In this document: one piece after another, positions 55,005 to 62,731 of the stretch | How positions within the stretch are numbered: position 1 is the first letter of the stretch | Layout of the letters: every line of letters starts with the position of its first letter | DNA from: a virus | Lineage: Duplodnaviria; Heunggongvirae; Uroviricota; Caudoviricetes | DNA length: 62,731 bases | Strand: one strand, 5' to 3' | IMG/VR virus record: IMGVR_UViG_3300037510_000569 | Coordinates: 1 to 62,731 of that record | Notes under the pieces: model-generated | Told to the model about the DNA's origin: nothing | The model's input: only the letters and a program-made list of their open reading frames with translations | Databases searched by the model: none | Program-made: the position numbers and the translations under genes

Positions 55005-55076
55005 GACCGGGTGGCTGAGCGGCTAGGCGAGGGACTGCAAATCCCTTCGACGCGGGTTCGAATCCCGCCCCGGTTT
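55005..55076 (+). tRNA. tRNA-Cys(GCA)
   Basis: AGGGA CT GCA AA TCCCT, GCGGG TTCGAAT CCCGC, U73. Confidence 0.9.
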
Positions 55077-55130
55077 TCTCTCCGTTCGTCGCTGATAGCC
55101 TCCGGTCTTCAACCCGACCAAGGAGGATTC

Positions 55131-55442
55131 ATGAAGAAGCTGTCTCTTGTGGCGCTGATCTTCGCGCTGCTCGCCGGTGGCGTCGTGGTTGGCTGTGGCT
55201 TCGGCCCCGACGAATCACGCGAGGACGCGACCGACACGAAGAATGTCGATAAGACCGAACCCGAGGCGATCGCCTTCAACAACCACTTCCCGAACGTCGA
55301 GACGAAGTGCGATCAGCACGGGCACCGGATCTTCGTGTCCACCCACGACAGCTCGACCGGGAACAACCTGATCGTGCTTCCCGATCCGACGTGCCCTGGC
55401 TACGTCAAGGGGCAAGAGCCGCCGGTCGTCGTCTCGCCATGA
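55131..55442 (+). CDS. putative lipoprotein
   Basis: MKK plus hydrophobic stretch plus VVGC lipobox-like motif; CCGACCAAGGAGG SD. Confidence 0.65.
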   Translation: MKKLSLVALIFALLAGGVVVGCGFGPDESREDATDTKNVDKTEPEAIAFNNHFPNVETKCDQHGHRIFVSTHDSSTGNNLIVLPDPTCPGYVKGQEPPVVVSP

Positions 55443-57498
55443 GCCAGACCCAAGCTGAGAACTACCTCTACCGCAAGGAGCTAGACGACGGTCGGGAGAT
55501 CGTCGTCTACCCCATGCTCTTCACCGACCGGCTGTGCATTGGCGTCGCCGGTGACGGTGGCTACGAACGCGCCTGGTGCTACCCACGTCTTCATCCGGCG
55601 GGGCAGACCACCGCGGTCATTGCGGCCGAAGCCTGGGACGGTGAAGGCGACCCGCCAGTCGGCTGGATCAAGGAGGTCGGCACCGAGCGGCGCAGGGTCG
55701 ATGGAGATCCCGAGCGCGAGTACGACGCGAGCAGGGAACCCAAGCCCGCCTGATGTATCTCCTCGGCTTTACCGCAGACGGCACCCGCATCCAGATCAAC
55801 GACGACCCCTACGCGGTCAAGCGCAACAGCGACCCCCGCGTCCTCTTCGACGGCGAGGAGGTCGAAGTCACGTCGATCTCCCGCTACCGCGACGGCGGCA
55901 CGACGGTGATCGAGACCGAGCGCGGCCGACTTGTCGCGCATCGGCGCGTAGGGGAAGAGCCCTGGGATGAGTTCGAGGACGAGCGCCTGAAGCCCGAGGG
56001 TCCTTTGAGCACCTTCGCAGCGGTGATGACGACGGACGGGATCACCTTCGTGCGCCTCCCCGACGGGCGCTGGACGCGGCTCGAACCCGAGCAGGTCCTC
56101 ATGACGGACGTAAGCGGCGGCACGGTCCACAACATGAACGGGCCGCCGCTGAAAAACGAAGCGCACCGCGAGGTCGCGGCGAAACTGGAGCACGCGCTTC
56201 AGCAAGCCCGCATCCGGTCCGGTCTGTGAGCTACATCGCCTGGCACACCCGCGATGAGGGCACCGCCGAGCTTCGCGGCTCGGAGTACGCCCATGCCAGG
56301 GGTGTCTGTACCGACCTCGCCCTTGGCCTGCTGCGAGCCGCGATAGCCATGAACCACAAGCGCCTCATCAGCTTCCTTCACAACCCGCCCGACTACGTGA
56401 GGAAAGAGCCCGAGCCGGCCGAACACATGCGCTGGGCCTCCGGCCTGAAGACCTGGCTGAACGTCGATGGCGAAGTGAGCATCGACGGGGAGACGATGAG
56501 CTTCGGCGAGATGGCGATGAACACCGCGATCACGATGAACCGCCCGCTGCGCCTGCTCGCTTGGATGGCCGGGATGTCGGAGAACCACGGCTACTTCGAG
56601 CGCCCCGAGCAGAGCGCCCTGATCGAGGCGATCAGCGAAGGGCTGGACGCGAGGATTCTCCGCGCCGATCAGGGCTGGGATCGCGTCTACGACCTGCTGG
56701 AGCGCAACGTCGCCGCCGGTGGCAGTGCCGTCGTCTGGAGCTTCAGCGTCGCCGAGTCCTGGCCGGATGTCTGGATGCTCGACGACCGCCCAGACCCAGA
56801 CGATGACGACGCGGTTGCCGCCTGGGAGGAGCGCTGGTATCTCTTCGGTGAAAGCGACCAGGAGCGCCGCGAGGCAGGCAAGCCAACGAGCGGGGAGATT
56901 TGGGACCTGTGCATGGAGAAGTTGCGGGCGCAGGACTGGCCCGTCCCCCTGGACCTCGAGGTCGAACAGGGCTATCGCAGCGGCAAGACGACCTTCGACT
57001 TCCTCGCCCAGCTGAGCTGAAAGGAGACTGAATGAGGCAGGCAGAACGCGAGACCGAACTGGTCAAGGCGCTGCTGGACATCGGCGCGGGTTGCACCGCT
57101 GAAGACCCGGACGCGCACGCGCGCGTCGCCCTGGAAAGCATCTACGGCCCGAACTGGCGCAAGCTCAAGGGCCACGAAATCGACGAGTGGGTTGCCGAGT
57201 CGGAGAGGGTGTCGGGCTGATGCGCCTGCGCTTGCGAATCGACAGAGCGATCGAAGGCGGGCATACCCACGTCACGGTCTTCGAGGGCAAAGAGCATGGC
57301 CCCAACCTGGGGAAGCTCGTCTTCGACTCCGCCAAGTTCGCCGGTCTCGTGCCCGGCGTCCTGCGCTTTGAGAACGATGCTGTGATCCACGACGCCAACG
57401 ACAAGAGCGTGATCGGCGTCGGGGATACCTTCGAAGTTGAGGTCCGCGCGACGCGAGTCGTGCGCCGCCACGGGCTTTCGACCGCTCGCAGCGGCTAG
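55439..57498 (+). other. run of hypothetical CDSs
   Basis: 55439-55753, 55753-56229, 56226-57020, 57032-57220, 57220-57498. Confidence 0.6.
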
Positions 57499-57527
57499 TC
57501 TGCCGACAACCGACCAAGGAGGATCAG

Positions 57528-57806
57528 ATGGGGTTGATGAAGGTCATGGGACCTGAGGGCGACACGGAGATCGCCTGGGACCCAGACGACAAAGCCAGCG
57601 TCGAGAAGGCCAAGGAGGAGTTCAACCGCCTGAAGAAAGACGGCTACGAGTTCTTCGAAGTCGCCGAGACGAAGGGCAAGCAGGTCAAACGGTTCTCGAA
57701 GAAAGCGGGCAAGCTGATCGCAGCGCCGCGGGCGGCCAAAAGCCAGGCCGAGAAGACCGGCGGCCGGGCGATGGCCGGCGGTCCGCTGTCCAGCCTCGCT
57801 CGATGA
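57528..57806 (+). CDS. small protein with a near-terminal GG motif
   Basis: GDTEIAWDP..AKEEFNRL..GY..RF..KLIAAP..AMAGG followed by PLSSLAR. Confidence 0.7.
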   Translation: MGLMKVMGPEGDTEIAWDPDDKASVEKAKEEFNRLKKDGYEFFEVAETKGKQVKRFSKKAGKLIAAPRAAKSQAEKTGGRAMAGGPLSSLAR

Positions 57807-58621
57807 ACCTTCCCTACGGGGGGTCGCCTGACGAATGGATCGCGCGGGATGGGCTTCCCGCCGCGATCCTGGGCGACGCGATCAAAGGCAAGGTAGGCGG
57901 CCTCCCGAGCGCCGAAGACGATGACGGCTTCGTCGTCTACGAGCAGATGATCGTCTTCAACAAAGGGGGCTTCGCCCAGGTCCACTGTTTCCCTCGCAGC
58001 TACATAGGGACCTGCATGGCTTTCGGAGGCGGACTCGTGCCGCTCCATCACCAGCCCTCTCAGCGCTGGGCCTACCGGCCGTGCATCTACCGCTGGCACG
58101 CCGAGCGGACCTGGCAGCGGCAGGGGAGCCAGCAGGAGCTCGACTGGCGCTACGCCCAGCACAAGGCGTTTGAGGCGCTCCAAGGGGGCGTACAGGCACT
58201 CTGGCGATACCTCGAAGCTGATCCGCTCGGACAGGCAAATCGCCGGGCTGATGAGCTGTTGGAGTCCATGCTCGGGTCGACCCAGATCACCGAACTGTTC
58301 ATGCGCGGTGGAACCTTCCGCGTGATCGGCGGCGCCACCGGGCACCACTACCGCATCGAGCTCGGCAACGGCTTCGCTCGAGTCGATCCGGCGACCAACG
58401 AGCCGATCACCAGCTACTGCCTGCACCCCGAAGACTGGATGCCGCACGCCGATGTCGCCCTCGCCCACAAGCTGAACCTGGAGTGCCCCGAGCTCGAGGA
58501 GGAGACGATCAAGCGCGCCAACGCGCGCGACCTTCCGCGCTATGAGGACGAAGACAGCCCTACGGAGCTGCGTCGCCTTCGCTACGCCGCCGACATGGAG
58601 CGGGAGTTGATCGCCGCGTGA
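57803..58621 (+). CDS. conserved phage protein, partner of the GG protein
   Basis: ATGA-coupled; G.TG.HYRI..YCLHP..P.ADVALA.KL.LE..E..AN. Confidence 0.65.
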   Translation: MNLPYGGSPDEWIARDGLPAAILGDAIKGKVGGLPSAEDDDGFVVYEQMIVFNKGGFAQVHCFPRSYIGTCMAFGGGLVPLHHQPSQRWAYRPCIYRWHAERTWQRQGSQQELDWRYAQHKAFEALQGGVQALWRYLEADPLGQANRRADELLESMLGSTQITELFMRGGTFRVIGGATGHHYRIELGNGFARVDPATNEPITSYCLHPEDWMPHADVALAHKLNLECPELEEETIKRANARDLPRYEDEDSPTELRRLRYAADMERELIAA

Positions 58622-58821
58622 GCGAACAGACTTCGCTGGAGGGGACCGACTGCTGCAAGTACCGCAACTGCCCGCGTCCTGTGGTCGGCTCGTCGACCAC
58701 CGGCAGGGGTCATGTCTGCAAGGGCCACAACGAGTTCGAGTGGGGCGAGGCGCTGCGGGAGTACGACCCGCGTCTCAGCCGCGCGCTGTTAGCCGACTCC
58801 GAAAGGACGCTCGATGGGTAG
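58618..58821 (+). CDS. small Cys/His protein
   Basis: CCKYRNC..HVCKGH. Confidence 0.5.
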   Translation: MSEQTSLEGTDCCKYRNCPRPVVGSSTTGRGHVCKGHNEFEWGEALREYDPRLSRALLADSERTLDG

Positions 58822-59320
58822 GCCGCTGCTCTTCCTCGACGTAGATGGCGTGCTGAACGCCTGCCCGCCGCTCGACGGCGTGCCGGTCTTCAACGCGAAA
58901 GGCTTCCCTATCTGCGTGCCGCCAGGGACCAAAGAGCGCATCGCGCGTCTGCTCGAGGCCTTCGATCCGGTGTGGGCGACGACCTGGCGCGGGGACGCGC
59001 ACGCGCACTTCTGCGAGGCGATCGGGGTCGATGAGGACCCGCCCTGGGATCACATCGACTCTCCGCGCGGTGGCGCTTGGAAGCTGCCAGAGATCCTCCA
59101 GTACGCCTGGACGCTGCGGATGAGCGGTCCCGATGTCCACCAGCCGTGGGTCTGGATCGACGACGACGGCCGCTGGGAGATGCAGCAGCACGGCCTCTGG
59201 CACGACAAGGTTCAGACCCTCGTGATCTGCCCCGACACGGCGAAGGGGCTGACCGACGAGCATGTCGAGGAAGCGCTCGCCTTCGCCGAGAGGCTGAAGG
59301 AACATGACCCTTATTCCTGA
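58814..59320 (+). CDS. HAD-superfamily phosphatase (Swiss-army-knife RNA-repair type)
   Basis: LLFLDVDGVLN, VWATTW, K, VWIDDD, GLT..H. Confidence 0.8.
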   Translation: MGRPLLFLDVDGVLNACPPLDGVPVFNAKGFPICVPPGTKERIARLLEAFDPVWATTWRGDAHAHFCEAIGVDEDPPWDHIDSPRGGAWKLPEILQYAWTLRMSGPDVHQPWVWIDDDGRWEMQQHGLWHDKVQTLVICPDTAKGLTDEHVEEALAFAERLKEHDPYS

Positions 59321-60016
59321 CCACTACCGCTACCCGATTCCCGGCCTCGGGATGGAACGGACGCGCTTCAGCGCGCTCGATGTCGCTGAGGTCCAGATGG
59401 GCCGCGATCGCAACGGTGCCTACAGCGATGCGAGGGCCAGGATTCCCAGCGAGGACGCGAAGCGTCTTGGCGAACGCGAGGGTCGCGCTGTAGCTCATAC
59501 GATTCGCTTGAGGGCGGCACGCGAAAAGCTCGGCGAGTGGCTGACGTGAGTCTCTTCCGCAAGCGCTGGGAGGTCTGGGTCCACTACCGGCTCGGCGACG
59601 AGATCATCAAAAGCCGTCTGCTGAAGAGGCATCGCTTTCTTTGGTGGGCCAAGCAGTGCCACGAAGGGGTCGTGCATAACCCCGCAGTGCTCTTGGCGAT
59701 CATGGAGAGCCTTGACGACGACGGGCGCATGATCTTCCCCGAGCTGGAGTACCGCCGGACCTAGTTGGCGCGCAAGCCGCCCGTTCACTGGCAACCCGGC
59801 ACCGAAGCCAAGCTCACCTACACCGACCACGGAGTCCCGCCGTGGCCCAACGGCACCCCCGTCGTCGGCGACCTGCTCGCATCGGAAGCCGGGGGCGCTT
59901 GGGTGATCGAAGAGGTCAAGCAGTCCAAGAGCAACCCCGCGCGCCTGAACCTGGTCGTCGTGAGACTTGAGTACGGCTCGATCGACATGGACGAGGAGGG
60001 CGTCTGGCCGCTTTAA
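59304..60016 (+). other. three small hypothetical CDSs
   Basis: 59304-59549, 59537-59764, 59765-60016. Confidence 0.55.
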
Positions 60017-60019
60017 ATT

Positions 60020-60248
60020 GGGGTAAATGAATCGGCTTGAATGGCGTGAAGGCTTCGCTGAGCCGCTTGCGCGACGGCTCGCCCTGAATCTTGTCGCCGC
60101 GGGACCCTTCTGAGTCGATTAGCTGCATCGGACTCACAGTATAGAGCTATCGACGCGATGTATAAGTGGATTTTGGTTTAACGCCGCGCAATCGCCGGGC
60201 CTTTTCGCCCGGCGCGGCAGGTCCCGCGCCAAGTCGACCCGCTACCCC
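60020..60248 (+). ncRNA. tmRNA-shaped structured RNA with an internal mini-ORF and no T-arm
   Basis: Nested closing helices GGGGTA/TACCCC, TCGGCT/AGTCGA, TGGCG/CGCCA, CGGGACC/GGTCCCG; pseudoknot; ORF 60158-60181; lies between convergent genes. Confidence 0.55.
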
Positions 60249-60418
60249 CTCTGCAGGCGCGCCTCGGCGCGCCGCAGGCTCAGGTGGACCAAGGTCGCCG
60301 CCGCGCGCTCGTCTTGGAAGGGACCGTGGGCCTCGATCGCCGCCCGAACCGGCTCGGCGACCGGACCGTCGGCGACGAGCTCCGCTGACTGGGGACGGCG
60401 CTGATCGGCAGCAGGTAT
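60242..60418 (-). CDS. small hypothetical protein (start uncertain)
   Basis: GC3-rich frame ELVADGPVAEPVRAAIEAHG..LSLRRAEARLQRG*. Confidence 0.4.
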   Translation of the reverse strand: MPAADQRRPQSAELVADGPVAEPVRAAIEAHGPFQDERAAATLVHLSLRRAEARLQRG

Positions 60419-60426
60419 GGTCCTTC

Positions 60427-60502
60427 GCGGCGAAGGCGGTTGACGCAGAGATACCTTTCGGCTGCGTTTTGACCGCATAAGGGGCGGTGCCGTCTTCGCC
60501 GC
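60427..60502 (+). ncRNA. three-way-junction RNA candidate
   Basis: 13-bp P1 60427-60439/60490-60502, GACGCAG/CTGCGTT, ACCGC/GCGGT. Confidence 0.45.
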
Positions 60503-60515
60503 TAAACTGCTCCGT

Positions 60516-60587
60516 GGCGCTGTGGTCTAGCGGCTAGGACACCGCCCTCTCGAGGCGGGGGTCAGGGTTCGATTCCCTGCAGCGCTA
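60516..60587 (+). tRNA. tRNA-Glu(CTC)
   Basis: CCGCC CT CTC GA GGCGG, TTCGATT; -10 TAAACT 7 nt upstream. Confidence 0.9.
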
Positions 60588-60595
60588 CTGCACAA

Positions 60596-60667
60596 GCCTT
60601 CATCGTTCAATGGCCAGGACGCCGCCCTGTCGAGGCGGAGATCGCGGTTCGAATCCGCGTGGGGGCG
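60596..60667 (+). tRNA. tRNA-Asp(GTC)
   Basis: CCGCC CT GTC GA GGCGG, CGCGG TTCGAAT CCGCG, G73. Confidence 0.9.
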
Positions 60668-60677
60668 TAGACCGTGC

Positions 60678-60745
60678 GCGGGCCTAGCTTAGATGGCAAA
60701 GCGCTGGCGCTGCCGGAGATTCGGGCTCGGCTCCCGTGGCCCGCA
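60678..60745 (+). ncRNA. tRNA-like RNA lacking an anticodon loop
   Basis: Perfect acceptor GCGGGCC/GGCCCGC, D stem GCTT/AAGC, stem CTGGC/GCCGG with a 3-nt loop, T-loop CTCGGCT. Confidence 0.65.
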
Positions 60746-60827
60746 GCGGTCTAGTCCGACCGCTTCTCTACCTTGCGCAGCAGTCGGTGAGTAGACGCTC
60801 GCCAAGTCCAAGTCGAGGAGGAACACG

Positions 60828-61355
60828 ATGGAGAAGCCCGATTTCGATGTGGTCAACACGGTCGGCGCAGCAGATGCTCTCGCCAAGCTGATCTCCCAGA
60901 TCACCGAGGACCGTGATTGGCCTGGCCTCACCGCCCTGCAGGCCGGCCTCGAGGTCTACGAGAATCATCGCTACCCCAACCAGGGGCAGAGCACGACGCC
61001 GTTCACCGCGATCGAGGAGCAGATCGCCCAGGCCAGCTGGGTCCTCCGTCGCCTCGTCGCCCTACACGGCTTCCAGGCCACGCTGACGGTCTACGGCGGA
61101 GACTTCGAAGAGCACGGCACCAACGTCCACCGCGGCGTGAGGGTCAACGTCTTGCGGCGATCGCTCGACCTTGACCAGATTCGGGCTATCACCGAGTTCG
61201 CGGAGGACCACGGCTGCGACGCCGAGTGGTCTCAGGAGCACGGCGTCACGCTGCGCCTACGGCCGATCATCGAAGCCGAAGTCTCGACTCCCAAAGTGTC
61301 GATCACGGGCTCAGGAGGTATCGAAGGGGTCACCTCGACGGCTGTGACGCTTTAG
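60828..61355 (+). CDS. hypothetical protein
   Basis: SD GAGGAGG; GC3-rich ORF. Confidence 0.65.
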   Translation: MEKPDFDVVNTVGAADALAKLISQITEDRDWPGLTALQAGLEVYENHRYPNQGQSTTPFTAIEEQIAQASWVLRRLVALHGFQATLTVYGGDFEEHGTNVHRGVRVNVLRRSLDLDQIRAITEFAEDHGCDAEWSQEHGVTLRLRPIIEAEVSTPKVSITGSGGIEGVTSTAVTL

Positions 61356-61375
61356 CAGCGGCTATGGTGGCGGCG

Positions 61376-61458
61376 ATGGCAACCCGATTTCACGGCACAG
61401 GCAAGCAAACTTAGCCCGCGTCGTGGATCGGCGCGGGCGCCCCGAGGAGGGTTGCCAT
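61376..61458 (+). promoter_or_regulatory. leader structure sequestering the start codon
   Basis: ATGGCAACCC/GGGTTGCCAT perfect 10-bp stem with an inner 10-bp hairpin. Confidence 0.5.
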
Positions 61459-61732
61459 GCGCCGTACCAAGCACCGACGCCGCTACCACACCGGCCGCGT
61501 CATCTCGAACCGCCAGCGCCGCCAGCGCCGCCTTGACCGGGCGCTGTGGGTCGACGGGACCGGGACCTGGGTTCTCCCCAACGGGAGGCTCGACGACACC
61601 GATCGCTACCACGACTGCGGCCGGCCGCGCTGCCTGCTCTGCCACTGGGACAAGTTCGACCCGAGCCGTCGCGCGCGGGAGAAGCGCGGTTGGCGCCGCG
61701 AAGTCGATCTCGAAATGCAGCAGGTAGGGTGA
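61457..61732 (+). CDS. Arg-rich small protein with a CxxxxCxxC motif
   Basis: HDCGRPRCLLCHWDK. Confidence 0.65.
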   Translation: MRRTKHRRRYHTGRVISNRQRRQRRLDRALWVDGTGTWVLPNGRLDDTDRYHDCGRPRCLLCHWDKFDPSRRAREKRGWRREVDLEMQQVG

Positions 61733-61755
61733 GGCGCCCGACCAAGGAGGAGAGA

Positions 61756-62148
61756 TTGCCGGACCTCAGCCGCTTCACTGACCGCACCCGCAAGGTCCTC
61801 GACGGCGCGTTGCGAGAGGCGCTGTCACTGGGCCACAACTACATCGGCACCGAGCATCTCTTGCTCGCCCTGGTCCGCGATGAAGACGAGACGGTCGCCT
61901 ACATGGCGCTGCAGCGATTCGCCAGCGCCGACGAAATCCGCAACGAGGTCATCCGTCTGCTCAGCGGCAAGGACGCGATCAGTGATCCGGTGCCCGAGCG
62001 CAAGGCGTTGGACATCGCCAAGGAGATCGTCGAGAAGCACCTGGCCGACGCACCCGAGGACCCGAGCACTCCGGTCAACATCCCCGAGGTCATCACGGCC
62101 TTGGCGTTGGTGGCGATCGCCGAAGCCCTGGGAGAGAAGCCATCGTGA
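61756..62148 (+). CDS. stand-alone Clp N-terminal (ClpC-type) domain protein
   Basis: RFTDRTRKVLDGALREALSLGHNYIGTEHLLLALVRD; TTG start after CCGACCAAGGAGG; no AAA domain. Confidence 0.85.
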   Translation: MPDLSRFTDRTRKVLDGALREALSLGHNYIGTEHLLLALVRDEDETVAYMALQRFASADEIRNEVIRLLSGKDAISDPVPERKALDIAKEIVEKHLADAPEDPSTPVNIPEVITALALVAIAEALGEKPS

Positions 62149-62731
62149 TGGTGAGGCACGAAGACCGCATCTTCGTTCTCGTCGTCGGTGCCGCCAGCAT
62201 CGTCGCCTTTCTCCTCGGCCTGGCGATCTTCTCTACCGACTCATGGGCGATAGGCGGCAAACTCGCAATGTTCGCTGCGGTCGTCTTACTCTGGGCGTGC
62301 GTCTTGGTCCCGACGACGATCTTCTACTTCGAGGAACGCGACAAGCGGGTGCGCGAAGAACGGGAGCGCTGGGAAGCTCAGGAGCAACGGCGCCTTGAGC
62401 GCAAACGGCTGGAAGAGATCACCAGTGGCTGACGACGAGCTGACCATCGGGCCGCTGCACTTCGAATACGACCCGAAGACCCGCTATCTGGGGATCGGCA
62501 ACGGCGATGAGCTCTACGGCACCGCCGAGGTCAGCCCGGAGGACTGGGCTGGCTTCCGCGACGCAGCGAAAGAGCTGAAGGAGGACGAGAAGCGTGCCAC
62601 CCAAGGATGAGGGCGCCCGCGCCCGCGTAGACGCGCTGATGAAGGACGCCGAGGAGATGCCCGAGGCCGCGCTCGAGGCCGCCATTCCGAAGGCGACCGA
62701 CGCTCTCTACGACACCCGCGAAGGCGAGGGC
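62145..62731 (+). other. terminal hypothetical CDSs
   Basis: 62145-62432 (2 TM), 62425-62610, 62607 to window end (partial). Confidence 0.55.

Noticed and set aside
60020-60248. Canonical tmRNA (ssrA) call
   Set aside because: No T-psi-C arm, no G3-U70, no CCA, no pk2-4.
32923-60745. Suppressor tRNA or stop-codon recoding
   Set aside because: No CTA/TCA/TTA anticodon found, and genes end normally at TAG, TGA and TAA.

Overview
A 62.7 kb slice of a large, high-GC (roughly 68-70% by eye) tailed dsDNA phage genome. The host is probably actinobacterial, possibly Thermoleophilia, inferred from an Rpf-like transglycosylase, a TetR regulator and many leaderless TAnnnT promoters. Gene order: a replication/recombination block (DNA methyltransferase, HNH, initiator with iterons, DnaC-like loader, RusA, nuclease, SNF2 helicase); an accessory block (HARE-HTH, GHKL ATPase, HD hydrolase); an Rpf plus small membrane protein cassette; a Dam-like methyltransferase and ParB; a packaging block (TerS, GpA-type TerL, portal); and a 1399-aa MuF fusion carrying a Nudix domain inserted inside a kinase-like domain plus an apparently dead ADP-ribosyltransferase. 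About 34 kb of small accessory genes follow (vWA, GIY-YIG-HTH, HNH, Fic, LAGLIDADG, C5 methyltransferase, RNase H, TetR, HAD, Clp-N). These are interleaved with 10 tRNA genes, several tRNA relics and at least five strongly structured unannotated ncRNA candidates. The most striking signals are RNA-level: a tRNA-Glu(UUC) with a 35-nt D-arm insertion followed by a ~260-nt pseudoknotted RNA, a ~230-nt tmRNA-shaped RNA lacking a T-arm, two multi-branched RNAs co-transcribed with tRNAs, and an anticodon-less tRNA. A start-associated motif CCGACCAAGG occurs 12 times, each just downstream of a -10 box. No capsid, tail, integrase or CRISPR was recognised. All family calls come from motif recognition by eye; no database search or folding program was run.
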